Assembly (NCBI GenBank): GCA_045538645.1
Contig: JAZSRT010000023.1
Coordinates: forward strand, 176-64,175
DNA: 64,000 bases
Reading direction: 5' to 3'
From: Acutalibacteraceae bacterium
GTDB taxonomy: Bacteria > Bacillota > Clostridia > Oscillospirales > Acutalibacteraceae
Below are positions 45,717 through 54,176 of the stretch, in pieces (position 1 is the first letter of the stretch; the number at the start of each line of letters is the position of its first letter). The notes under the pieces are model-generated. The model ran no database searches and was not told the origin of the DNA. It saw nothing but the letters and a program-made list of their open reading frames with translations. The position numbers and the translations under genes are program-made.

Positions 45717-45745
45717 ATTTTATCTCAATACAGCCGTTTTGTCAA
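45717..45745 (-). promoter_or_regulatory. sigma-A-type promoter upstream of the glnN leader hairpin
   Basis: Minus strand: TTGACA (45745-45740), 17-nt spacer, TAAAAT (45722-45717). Confidence 0.55.
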
Positions 45746-45779
45746 GAGTTTCGGAAAAAATATTTACGTCTGTAATTAT

Positions 45780-46307
45780 TTATTTTTCAAATTCAGGCTC
45801 AATAAGACCGTAGCCTCCGTCATCTCTGCGATATACAACTGCAACTGATTCGTTGGCGGAATTAAGGAACATATAGAACTGATGGCCTAACAAATTCATC
45901 TGAAGAATTGCCTCATCAACGGACTGCGGTTTAATAGGTACACTTTTCGTTCTTACAAGTTCAAATTCGGGTTCTTCTTCAACATCCAAATCCTGATAAT
46001 CGTCAAATGCTCCTGAACGGAGGCGTTTTTCAAGCTTGGTCTTGTTTTTACGAATCTGACGAATAAGAAGATCTACACAATCGTCAAGTGCTTCATTCAT
46101 ATTATCAGCCTTTGACTGTGCTCTGAAGATCATACCTTCATTCATAACTGTAATTTCCACTGTCTGAGAACTTTTCTCCACGGTTGCAGTTACTTTTGCG
46201 GTGGCTGAATCTCCAAAGAAGCGATCAATTTTGCTGAGTTTTTTTTCAGCGTGTTCTTTGAAAGAATCTCTCGGAGTACATTTTCTGCCTATAACTGTAA
46301 TTTTCAT
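45780..46307 (-). CDS. hpf: ribosome hibernation promoting factor, long form
   Basis: 175 aa. N-terminal S30AE/RaiA fold (MKITVIGRK...) and the C-terminal dimerisation domain (PIKPQSVDEAILQMNLLGHQFYMF). Confidence 0.9.
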   Translation of the reverse strand: MKITVIGRKCTPRDSFKEHAEKKLSKIDRFFGDSATAKVTATVEKSSQTVEITVMNEGMIFRAQSKADNMNEALDDCVDLLIRQIRKNKTKLEKRLRSGAFDDYQDLDVEEEPEFELVRTKSVPIKPQSVDEAILQMNLLGHQFYMFLNSANESVAVVYRRDDGGYGLIEPEFEK

Positions 46308-46405
46308 AACTACATCCCCTTTTGGAATAAATTAACAAAAAAACCGGACGATGCCGAAGAAAAATCTTTCCTTCATACACCGCCCTTCTCTTTTGTTTCA
46401 AGCTT

Positions 46406-46434
46406 ATTATAGCATCATATGCTTAAAATGTAAA
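46406..46434 (-). promoter_or_regulatory. sigma-A-type promoter for hpf
   Basis: Minus strand: TTTACA (46434-46429), 17-nt spacer, TGC-TATAAT extended -10 (46411-46406). Confidence 0.5.
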
Positions 46435-46511
46435 GATATTTTATGTAATTTTACTACTTTTTTGCATTTATACGAAAAAATTTTATAAACTTTGTTTAAG
46501 TATACAAAATT

Positions 46512-47354
46512 TTACAGTTCAAAGCTTATATGTCTTGTAACGTGACAACCTATATTTACAGCAACAGGAAGTCCTGCAATATGAGTAGGATAAGTTTCTA
46601 TATTACAAGCAAGTGCGGTACAATCCCCCGAAAATCCCTGAGGACCGATACCTGTCTTATTTACTTTGTCAAGTATTTCCTTTTCCATTTCTTTATAAAA
46701 CTCCGAAGCATTAGGCTCATCAACGTCCCTGCACAATGCTTTTTTTGCCAGAACTGCACTGTATTCAAAATCTCCTCCGATTCCGACACCGATTACAACG
46801 GGCGGACAAGGCTTTGCATCAGCAAGCACAACAACATCAACAACAAAATCTATAATATCCTGTTTGGTAGCAGTCGGATTGAACATCTTGATACTGCTCA
46901 TATTTTCACTGCCGAACCCTTTAGGTGCAACAGTAAAATGTATTTTTTCCCCCGGCACAACGGATGTGTGTATAATTCCCGGAGTATTATCCCCTGTATT
47001 AATCCGGTTTAGCGGATCGGCAACAACAGACTTTCGTAAAAAGCCTTCGGAATAACCTTTTCTTATACCTTCATTTACGGCATCACAAAAATCACCGCCG
47101 ACAATATGAACATCCTGGCCAATTTCGGCAAAAATTACTGCCATACCGCAATCCTGACAGATAGGAATCTGCTGTTCGGCTGCAACCGCAAGATTTTCTT
47201 TCATATCATTGAATATACTTTTTGCAAGTTCATTTGTTTCTTTTTCAGCAAAACTGTTGATTCTGTTGCAAATGCTTTGCGGTAAAGTAAGATTTGCCTT
47301 TATTAGTGCATCACTTATACCTTCAATGATTAATTTAACATCAATATCTCTCAT
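46512..47354 (-). CDS. Fe-S type (class I) fumarate/tartrate hydro-lyase, alpha subunit only
   Basis: 280 aa from ATG 47354 (AAGGA SD 8 nt upstream). PICQDCGMAV cluster-ligand region. No beta-subunit gene is adjacent. Confidence 0.8.
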   Translation of the reverse strand: MRDIDVKLIIEGISDALIKANLTLPQSICNRINSFAEKETNELAKSIFNDMKENLAVAAEQQIPICQDCGMAVIFAEIGQDVHIVGGDFCDAVNEGIRKGYSEGFLRKSVVADPLNRINTGDNTPGIIHTSVVPGEKIHFTVAPKGFGSENMSSIKMFNPTATKQDIIDFVVDVVVLADAKPCPPVVIGVGIGGDFEYSAVLAKKALCRDVDEPNASEFYKEMEKEILDKVNKTGIGPQGFSGDCTALACNIETYPTHIAGLPVAVNIGCHVTRHISFEL

Positions 47355-47444
47355 ACATAATTCCTTTTCAACAAAAAGAATCCGCCAAAGCTCGGAAAAA
47401 CACACAAAGCATAAGGCGGAATATCTATTTAATATATAAATCTG

Positions 47445-47921
47445 TTATCTGTTGTTTCCGTATCCGCGTCTGCTTCCGGTTTTGAAATCACCGGTACGTT
47501 TAAGAACAGACATTTTTTCATCACTTTCCTGCTTGAATTTTGCCATCATATCTTCAAAAGACATAGTTGAGGAAGACTGAGATGCACCTTTTGAATTCTG
47601 AGATGCACCCGCTTTAGCAGAATTTTTATTGGCATAAGAACCTTGCTGAGGCTTTCTTGCAGGAACCGCATTTGTTCTGGGAGCAGGCGGCGCAGCTTGT
47701 TTTATTGACAAACTGATCTTATTGTTTTCGTTTACGGCAAGAACCTTAACCTTTACATCCTGCCCTTCGTTGAGATGTTCGTTTATGTCCTTTACATAAA
47801 CAGAAGCTACTTCAGAAATATGTACCATTCCTGTTTCGCCGTTGGACATTTTTACAAATGCCCCAAAATTGGTAAGGCCTGTTACCTTGCCTTCATAAAT
47901 TTCGCCAACCTGTGACTGCAT
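47445..47921 (-). CDS. yabR: S1 RNA-binding domain protein (YabR-like)
   Basis: N-terminal S1 domain (GEIYEGKVTGLTNFGAFVKM) and a low-complexity tail. Syntenic with yabP-yabQ-divIC as in Bacillus subtilis. Confidence 0.8.
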   Translation of the reverse strand: MQSQVGEIYEGKVTGLTNFGAFVKMSNGETGMVHISEVASVYVKDINEHLNEGQDVKVKVLAVNENNKISLSIKQAAPPAPRTNAVPARKPQQGSYANKNSAKAGASQNSKGASQSSSTMSFEDMMAKFKQESDEKMSVLKRTGDFKTGSRRGYGNNR

Positions 47922-47984
47922 AAATAGCTGGGTCCTCCTGAATAAAATAGAGTTTATATTTAACCGTAGCCGGTTATTTAATTA

Positions 47985-48272
47985 TCAGTTGCCGGGAGTT
48001 ACGTCATAATACACTTTTTCGTCGGGATATACGTAACCGCGTTCACGGGCAAGATGTTCATATAATTCTGCCTCTTCAGCATTATTTATGAGATAATCGA
48101 TCTCCTGATTTTCCTGCTGAAGCTGCTGAAGCTGAGCATTGAGAGAATCAAGCTGACCCTGTTTTTCGTTTGTATCTATATTTAACCAAGCAAAAAGACC
48201 TAATGAAAAGCAAAGTATGGCAATAACAAAAAACACCAGTATTATACTGCGTCTGCCAGTTGTTTTAGTCAC
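47985..48272 (-). CDS. divIC: septum formation initiator (FtsB/DivIC family)
   Basis: 95 aa with a single TM followed by a coiled coil (LNAQLQQLQQENQEI). Synteny supports the call. Confidence 0.75.
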   Translation of the reverse strand: MTKTTGRRSIILVFFVIAILCFSLGLFAWLNIDTNEKQGQLDSLNAQLQQLQQENQEIDYLINNAEEAELYEHLARERGYVYPDEKVYYDVTPGN

Positions 48273-48336
48273 TCCGACACCATCTTTCTATAATTTGTCA
48301 TACATATAGTAATTATATACCACACTATTATTGATA

Positions 48337-48867
48337 TCAAGAGTTTTTAAATATTTTTTTTATATTTTTTCTTATTTTTTTACGTCTTATTTCTTTTTTA
48401 TCCGCAGATTCAGGCTTGTGTGTTCTTCTGTTTTTTATTTCATTGAAGACAGATTTGATTTTAAACTTGATTCTGTTGATAAATTCCTTTAGCTTCAGAA
48501 ATTTTATCAATCTGCCGAGATTTGTAACGGTTTTTTTATTTAATAAAATAATTTTTTTTGATAATCTGTCAGCGAGTGTTCTTATCACATTACAAGTAAA
48601 CATATAAGACAAGCAAAAACCGATCAATTCACCTGCTAATAAATAAAATCTTATGATACCTGCATTATATTTGAGGGCAAACAAAAAGGTAAATACGGCG
48701 GAAATCAGAAAAAATATTATATCACGTATACATACAATTGCCGTATTTTTTCCGTTAAGTAAATTAAGAACTGAAAAAACCGAAAATAAAATACCTATTA
48801 CAAAGCCTGCGCCAATGCTTTTCAGAAAAACAGATAGCTGTACTATATGTTCATACCCTGTAATCAT
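48337..48867 (-). CDS. yabQ: spore cortex biosynthesis protein YabQ
   Basis: 176-aa multi-TM protein. 4-nt overlap with yabP. Basic C-terminal tail. Confidence 0.75.
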   Translation of the reverse strand: MITGYEHIVQLSVFLKSIGAGFVIGILFSVFSVLNLLNGKNTAIVCIRDIIFFLISAVFTFLFALKYNAGIIRFYLLAGELIGFCLSYMFTCNVIRTLADRLSKKIILLNKKTVTNLGRLIKFLKLKEFINRIKFKIKSVFNEIKNRRTHKPESADKKEIRRKKIRKNIKKIFKNS

Positions 48868-49139
48868 TTGAATACCTTAGAGAAAAAGCTCTGATTTTTC
48901 TGTTTGTTTTCGCTGTAAAAAACTGAAACTACTTTACCTTCCGCTTCAAATTGTCCGGTTACGGTGTCGATATTATTTACCTGCAGCCTCTCTCCTTTTA
49001 TCTGAATCAATCCGTAATCAGTAAAAAGAGTAATACTGTCTTCATCAAAGCTGCCTACATCTGTGACTCCCGTAAGAGATAGTGTTTTTCTGTCATTAAG
49101 TATCAGGCAATGAGCTTTTTTTGCATTTTTGTCATCCAT
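48864..49139 (-). CDS. yabP: sporulation protein YabP
   Basis: 91 aa. HCLILNDRKTLSLTGVTDVGSFDEDSITLFTDYGLIQIKGERL matches the YabP pattern. Confidence 0.85.
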   Translation of the reverse strand: MDDKNAKKAHCLILNDRKTLSLTGVTDVGSFDEDSITLFTDYGLIQIKGERLQVNNIDTVTGQFEAEGKVVSVFYSENKQKNQSFFSKVFK

Positions 49140-49291
49140 AACAAATCCCCTTTTACATATTTATTCTGTTTTATAAATATGAACATCATTATAAAAATAT
49201 CTCATAAATATAAAAAACTTGGCTATTTCAGTTGATTATTGTGTTTGAAATGTGTTAAAATTAATGAAAATTATGCAAAGGAGATTTCAAA

Positions 49292-49765
49292 ATGGTTAGA
49301 ATTGAAATGGATAACGGTGCTATTATAGATATTGAACTTTATCCCGATAAAGCTCCCAAGACCGTTGCTAACTTTGAAAAGCTTGTAAAAGAAGGCTTTT
49401 ATGACGGGCTTACTTTCCACAGAATTATAAAGGGCTTTATGATTCAGGGCGGAGATCCCGAAGGAACAGGAATGGGCGGAGCTAATGAAAAGATTCCCGG
49501 TGAATTTGCATCAAACGGCTTCCCTCAGAACGACATCAGACACACAAAAGGTGTTATCTCAATGGCTCGTTCTATGTCTCCAAATTCAGCAAGTTCACAG
49601 TTTTTTATTATGCACGAGGATGCTCCCCATCTCGACGGACAGTATGCTGCTTTCGGAAAGGTAGTTAACGGCATTGATGCAGTTAATGAAATTGCCTGCA
49701 CGCGTACCACTTTCGGCGACAGACCTGTTACCCCTGTTGTTATAAAGAAAATGACACTTATATAA
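49292..49765 (+). CDS. cyclophilin-type peptidyl-prolyl cis-trans isomerase
   Basis: 157 aa with FHRIIKGFMIQGGDP and SQFFI motifs. Confidence 0.92.
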   Translation: MVRIEMDNGAIIDIELYPDKAPKTVANFEKLVKEGFYDGLTFHRIIKGFMIQGGDPEGTGMGGANEKIPGEFASNGFPQNDIRHTKGVISMARSMSPNSASSQFFIMHEDAPHLDGQYAAFGKVVNGIDAVNEIACTRTTFGDRPVTPVVIKKMTLI

Positions 49766-49782
49766 AATTCTGAAAAATACAC

Positions 49783-49821
49783 GACCGCCGCGGTAGCTAT
49801 ACCGTAGCGGTCAGTTTTTTC
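49783..49821. terminator. bidirectional terminator between convergent cyclophilin and ABC ATPase genes
   Basis: GACCGC..CGGTA GCTA TACCG..GCGGTC nested stem followed by AGTTTTTT. Confidence 0.75.
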
Positions 49822-49851
49822 TTTATCGGATTAACAGAAACTTCAGATTTT

Positions 49852-50646
49852 TCAGCTGAGAAGCATTCTGTCGTTTGCAAATTCACCTGAGCTTGCTTTT
49901 GCAAAAAGCTCCATAAGGTCAGATACCTTAAGATTCTTTTTATCCTCGCCTGATATATCATAAATAATCTGTCCGTTATTCATCATTATAAGGCGGTTTC
50001 CGAGTCTTATTGCATCTTTCATATTATGGGTAATCATAAGAGTGGTAATTTTTGATTCACCTACGATTTCTTCAGTAAGCGCAAGAACCTTAGCAGCTGT
50101 CTGCGGGTCGAGAGCAGCTGTGTGCTCATCGAGCAAAAGAAGCTTCGGATTCTGCATTGAAGCCATAAGAAGAGTTACAGCCTGACGCTGACCGCCCGAA
50201 AGAAGACCAACTTTAGAAGAAAGCCTGTCTTCAAGACCTAAATCAAGCTTTTTAAGAAGAACCTTGAATTCTTCTCTCTCCTTTTTTGTAACACCGGGAA
50301 GAAGGCTTCTGAACTTTCCTCTTCTTGCAGCAATAGCCATATTTTCATCTATCTGCATACCTGCAGAAGTACCTGTCATCGGGTCCTGAAAAACTCTTCC
50401 GAGAAATTTTGCACGTTTATGTTCAGGAAGCTTAGTTATATCTACACCATCAAGAACAATAGAACCTGAATCAACGGGATAAACACCTGTTATCATATTA
50501 AGAAGTGTTGATTTTCCCGCACCGTTACCGCCGATAACCGTAACAAAATCACCGTCATTCAAAGTTAAATCAATACCGTTAAGAGCTTTTTTTTCATTAA
50601 TGGTTCCGGGATTGAAGGTTTTATGAACATTTTTGATTTCAAGCAT
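49852..50646 (-). CDS. ABC transporter ATP-binding protein
   Basis: Walker A GGNGAGKST, signature LSGGQRQ, Walker B LLLLDE. Confidence 0.9.
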   Translation of the reverse strand: MLEIKNVHKTFNPGTINEKKALNGIDLTLNDGDFVTVIGGNGAGKSTLLNMITGVYPVDSGSIVLDGVDITKLPEHKRAKFLGRVFQDPMTGTSAGMQIDENMAIAARRGKFRSLLPGVTKKEREEFKVLLKKLDLGLEDRLSSKVGLLSGGQRQAVTLLMASMQNPKLLLLDEHTAALDPQTAAKVLALTEEIVGESKITTLMITHNMKDAIRLGNRLIMMNNGQIIYDISGEDKKNLKVSDLMELFAKASSGEFANDRMLLS

Positions 50647-51553
50647 TCTTCTTACCTCCCGTTACTTTTTTCTTTGAGAAATTAACTTTACTTTTCCAAT
50701 AAGGAATACCAAGGAAAAGTGCAACCACTAATGCAGAGAAAAGCTTAAGGTCGTCTGTGCTGAGACCAAGCTTAAGAACAACGGTTATAACGATGTAATA
50801 AATAATTGCACCGAAAACAACAGAGAGAAGTCTTAATGCAAAATTTCTGAATATCTTACTGAAAACAACCTCACCGATAATAACCGCAGCAAGACCGATA
50901 ACGATAGCACCCTTACCCATATTTATATCTGCAGATCCCTGGAACTGTGAAAGAAGAGCGCCCGAAAGAGCAACAATACCGTTTGACAAAACAAGACCGA
51001 GAACCTTACAGGTATTTGTGTTTATACCGTTTGCTCTTGACATTGCGGGGTTACAGCCTGTTGAACGGATAGAATGTCCGAGCTCTGTACCAAAGAACCA
51101 ATAAAGCGCTGCAATAAGCAGAATAATAAAAACAGCACATACGATTATTGTTTCATATATAACATCAGAACGAGAAGATACAAGCAAATCGAAATTTCTC
51201 CAGCTGAGTGCCTGATTCGCTCTGCCCGACATTATGCGAAGATTTATTGAATAAAGAGCAAGCTGAGTAAGAATACCCGATAAAATTGCGGGAATACCGA
51301 ACTTAGTATGAAGTATACCCGTAATAAGACCTGCTATACATCCTGCCACAAAAGCAAGTACCATTGCAAGATAAAGATTAACACCGTTTACCGTAAGAGA
51401 AACAAGAACAGCACCGCCTGTTGCAAATGAGCCGTCTACGGTAAGGTCAGCAAGATCAAGTACTTTATATGTTATATAAACACCGATTGCCATAACACCC
51501 CATATCATACCCTGTGCCACGGGAGTTGGCAAAGAAGAAAGAAAATTCAGCAT
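50639..51553 (-). CDS. ABC transporter permease (branched-chain/BMP-type fold)
   Basis: 304-aa polytopic membrane protein with an 8-nt overlap with the ATPase gene. Confidence 0.85.
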   Translation of the reverse strand: MLNFLSSLPTPVAQGMIWGVMAIGVYITYKVLDLADLTVDGSFATGGAVLVSLTVNGVNLYLAMVLAFVAGCIAGLITGILHTKFGIPAILSGILTQLALYSINLRIMSGRANQALSWRNFDLLVSSRSDVIYETIIVCAVFIILLIAALYWFFGTELGHSIRSTGCNPAMSRANGINTNTCKVLGLVLSNGIVALSGALLSQFQGSADINMGKGAIVIGLAAVIIGEVVFSKIFRNFALRLLSVVFGAIIYYIVITVVLKLGLSTDDLKLFSALVVALFLGIPYWKSKVNFSKKKVTGGKKNA

Positions 51554-51566
51554 AAAACCACAAATT

Positions 51567-51638
51567 GCAGTACTGTAACAGCACTGCTTCCTTTCACTAA
51601 TCGCATCGGGAAAGCGATAACCAATTACCGCTTTCCCG
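51567..51638 (-). promoter_or_regulatory. two intercistronic stem-loops between binding-protein and permease genes
   Basis: Perfect 10-bp stem CGGGAAAGCG...CGCTTTCCCG (51607-51638) and an imperfect 9-bp stem (51567-51587). No T-tract on the minus strand. Confidence 0.5.
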
Positions 51639-51657
51639 GATTTTAATTAAGATTTAA

Positions 51658-52665
51658 TTATTCCGCTTCAATTGCTTCATATGTATCGGGAACAGTAATA
51701 CCGAGAGCTTCGCAACGGTCTGCCATATACATATTAACGGGATTTTCTGAATAAGCAATTTCCATTTCTGCGGGATCAGCACCGTTTACAAGGATATCAT
51801 AAGCCATTTCGCCTGCCTTATAACCGATATCATAATAGTCGATTGAAAGTGTTGCAACACCGCAACCCTTGCAGATACCTGATTCACCTGCAATAAGAGG
51901 AATGTTCTCACCTTCAATTGCATTATAGATAGCTTCTGCGTTTGATGCAACAGTATTATCTGTGGGAGCAAAAAGAACATCACATTCCTGTGCTGCCTGA
52001 GCTGCTACATTAGCAACATCGTTAGAATCTGTAAAGGTATATTCCTTAGCGGTAAGTTCAAGGTCTGCAAGATAACTCTGAATTACATCGGACTGATACT
52101 TTGAGTTAGCTTCTGCAGAACAGTAAAGAATGCCGACTGTCTTTGCATCGGGGCAAAGTTCTTTTATCATCTGAGCCTGCTGATCAAGGGGAGCAAGGTC
52201 AGCTGTACCTGTGATATTTGTACCTGTTTTACCTGTCCAATCAGAGATACTGAGAGCAGTTGCAAAATCTGTGATTGAAGTTGCAACTATCGGAATATCG
52301 CCTGTTGCGGAAGCTGCAGCTGTAAGTGCGGGAGTTGCATTTGCCATAATAAGGTCAACCTTATTTGATACAAAAGTACCGCAGATAGTTGAACAGTTAG
52401 TGGGTTCATTTGAAGCATTCTGCTCATCAAAAACAACCTTATCACCGAGCTTTTCGGTAAGAGCTTTCTTAAAGCCTTCTGTTGCTGCATCAAGTGCAAC
52501 GTGCTGAACAAGCTGACAGATACCTACTGTATAAACAGTATCTTCAGCACCTGCAGTTGTGCCATCAGAAGCGGGAGCATCGTTGCCGCCACAGGAAGCA
52601 AAGCAAAGTGTTACCATAGCAAGAGCCATTAAAACACTAAGAATTTTTTTGACTGAGTTTTTCAT
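51658..52665 (-). CDS. ABC transporter substrate-binding lipoprotein (ABC_sub_bind-type, unknown ligand)
   Basis: Lipobox LCFASCGG. 335-aa periplasmic-binding fold. First gene of a three-gene importer operon. Confidence 0.8.
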   Translation of the reverse strand: MKNSVKKILSVLMALAMVTLCFASCGGNDAPASDGTTAGAEDTVYTVGICQLVQHVALDAATEGFKKALTEKLGDKVVFDEQNASNEPTNCSTICGTFVSNKVDLIMANATPALTAAASATGDIPIVATSITDFATALSISDWTGKTGTNITGTADLAPLDQQAQMIKELCPDAKTVGILYCSAEANSKYQSDVIQSYLADLELTAKEYTFTDSNDVANVAAQAAQECDVLFAPTDNTVASNAEAIYNAIEGENIPLIAGESGICKGCGVATLSIDYYDIGYKAGEMAYDILVNGADPAEMEIAYSENPVNMYMADRCEALGITVPDTYEAIEAE

Positions 52666-52726
52666 TTTTTTAGTCTCCTTTTATGTAATTCTTCATCGCT
52701 TTAAATACATAAATCGATATGAATGA

Positions 52727-52755
52727 ATAATACACCTAAAGTCTTATAGTGTCAA
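52727..52755 (-). promoter_or_regulatory. sigma-A-type promoter for ABC importer operon
   Basis: Minus strand: TTGACA (52755-52750), 17-nt spacer, TATTAT (52732-52727). Confidence 0.5.
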
Positions 52756-52813
52756 CAGTTTTATATTGATTTGTTAATAAAAAAAATGAATTAACAATAT
52801 TAATAATGAAAAT

Positions 52814-52833
52814 GTACCCGGGCTACCGGGTAC
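52814..52833 (-). terminator. stem-loop terminator candidate after oadB-like gene
   Basis: GTACCCGG GCTA CCGGGTAC, a perfect 8-bp stem. The T-tract on the minus strand is short (ATTTTC). Confidence 0.5.
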
Positions 52834-52842
52834 AATCAACAT

Positions 52843-53967
52843 TTACTGGAATATATTAAGAATTACACCGCCTGCGATAACGGATGCAATCTGTCCTGAA
52901 ACATTAACACCAATAGACTGCATAAGAAGGTGGTTCTGAGGATCTTCCTGAAGTCCTATTTTGTGAACGATTCGTCCTGCCATAGGGAAAGCAGAGATAC
53001 CTGCCGCACCGATCATAGGATTGATTTTCTTTTTGAGGAAGATATTGAGTAATTTTGCAAACAGCACACCGCCTGCAGTATCAAATATGAAAGCAAAAAG
53101 ACCAAGACCCATAATAACAAGGGTATCAACTTTAAGGAACTGTTCTGCCTGCATCTGAGATGCAATTGTTACACCGAGGAATATTGTAATAAGATTTGCG
53201 AGAACCTTTTGTGCCGTTTCAGAAAGAGAATCAAGCACACCGCATTCTCTTATAAGATTACCGAACATAAGGAAACCGATAAGAGCGATTGAAGACGGTG
53301 CAACAAGACCTGCTACAGCAGTAATAATAATCGGGAAAAGAATTCTTGTAAGCTTTGATACGGATTTTGGCTGATAAGGCATTCTTATCATACGTTCTTT
53401 TTTTGTTGTAAGCAATTTAATAATCGGAGGCTGAATAATGGGAACAAGAGCCATATATGAATATGCAGCAACCATTATAGCACCAAGATATTTAGATCCG
53501 AGCTTTGTTGCAACAACAATAGCAGTGGGACCGTCTGCAGCACCTATTATTGCAATAGAAGCGGCATCATTCGGTTCAAAGAACAACGATGCAACGCATA
53601 AAGTAAAGAATATACCGAACTGGGCGGCTGCACCGAAGATCATAAGTTTAGGATTAGATAGTATCGGCCCGAAATCTATCATTGCGCCGATACCGATAAA
53701 CAGAATCAACGGGAAAAGTTCGTTAGAAATACCCATGTTATAAAGAGTACTTAGCGGTCCTTCAGATAAAACATCGCCTATCAGCTGATCAACAGCACCT
53801 GATAACGGAAGGTTAACCATAATGGCACCAAAACCCATAGGTAACAACAGCGTGGGTTCCATCTCTTTTTTGATTGCGAGGAAAATAAGAGTTCCTCCGA
53901 TAAGCCACATAATGACCATCTTTATATCAAAGAGCTGCAAATGTTCAAACAATTCCATTAATTCCAT
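52843..53967 (-). CDS. sodium ion-translocating decarboxylase beta subunit (OadB/GcdB/MmdB family)
   Basis: 374-aa polytopic protein. Family-typical segments (LLLPMGFGAIMVN, GIGAMIDFGP, GAADGPTAI, MIGAAGISAFPMAGR). Confidence 0.85.
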   Translation of the reverse strand: MELMELFEHLQLFDIKMVIMWLIGGTLIFLAIKKEMEPTLLLPMGFGAIMVNLPLSGAVDQLIGDVLSEGPLSTLYNMGISNELFPLILFIGIGAMIDFGPILSNPKLMIFGAAAQFGIFFTLCVASLFFEPNDAASIAIIGAADGPTAIVVATKLGSKYLGAIMVAAYSYMALVPIIQPPIIKLLTTKKERMIRMPYQPKSVSKLTRILFPIIITAVAGLVAPSSIALIGFLMFGNLIRECGVLDSLSETAQKVLANLITIFLGVTIASQMQAEQFLKVDTLVIMGLGLFAFIFDTAGGVLFAKLLNIFLKKKINPMIGAAGISAFPMAGRIVHKIGLQEDPQNHLLMQSIGVNVSGQIASVIAGGVILNIFQ

Positions 53968-54036
53968 TTTATTTTCCTTTCTGATGCACTACGAGTAACA
54001 AAAAAACAACTTTTGCCGATAAGCAAAATCATAATG

Positions 54037-54065
54037 AGTATATCATAAGTTACTGTTTAAGTCAA
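54037..54065 (-). promoter_or_regulatory. sigma-A-type promoter for oadB-like gene
   Basis: Minus strand: TTGACT (54065-54060), 17-nt spacer, TATACT (54042-54037). Confidence 0.5.
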
Positions 54066-54176
54066 TTATAAAATACATTAATTTGACATTTTATGACAGA
54101 GAACAAAGATATACATCAAATGAATTATTAAGCAATATAAAGCTGAAAGCAAATATTACCTCAACCCTGCATTAAA

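Noticed and set aside
45343-45813. 156-aa plus-strand ORF across the glnN start and hpf end.
   Set aside because: It is antisense to the glnN 5' region, its leader and the hpf stop. There is no SD, and the region is better explained by the promoter and terminator elements.
52666-52842. Possible T-box or riboswitch leader upstream of the ABC binding-protein gene.
   Set aside because: The predicted promoter leaves a leader of only about 60 nt. There is no specifier/antiterminator architecture and no terminator hairpin.
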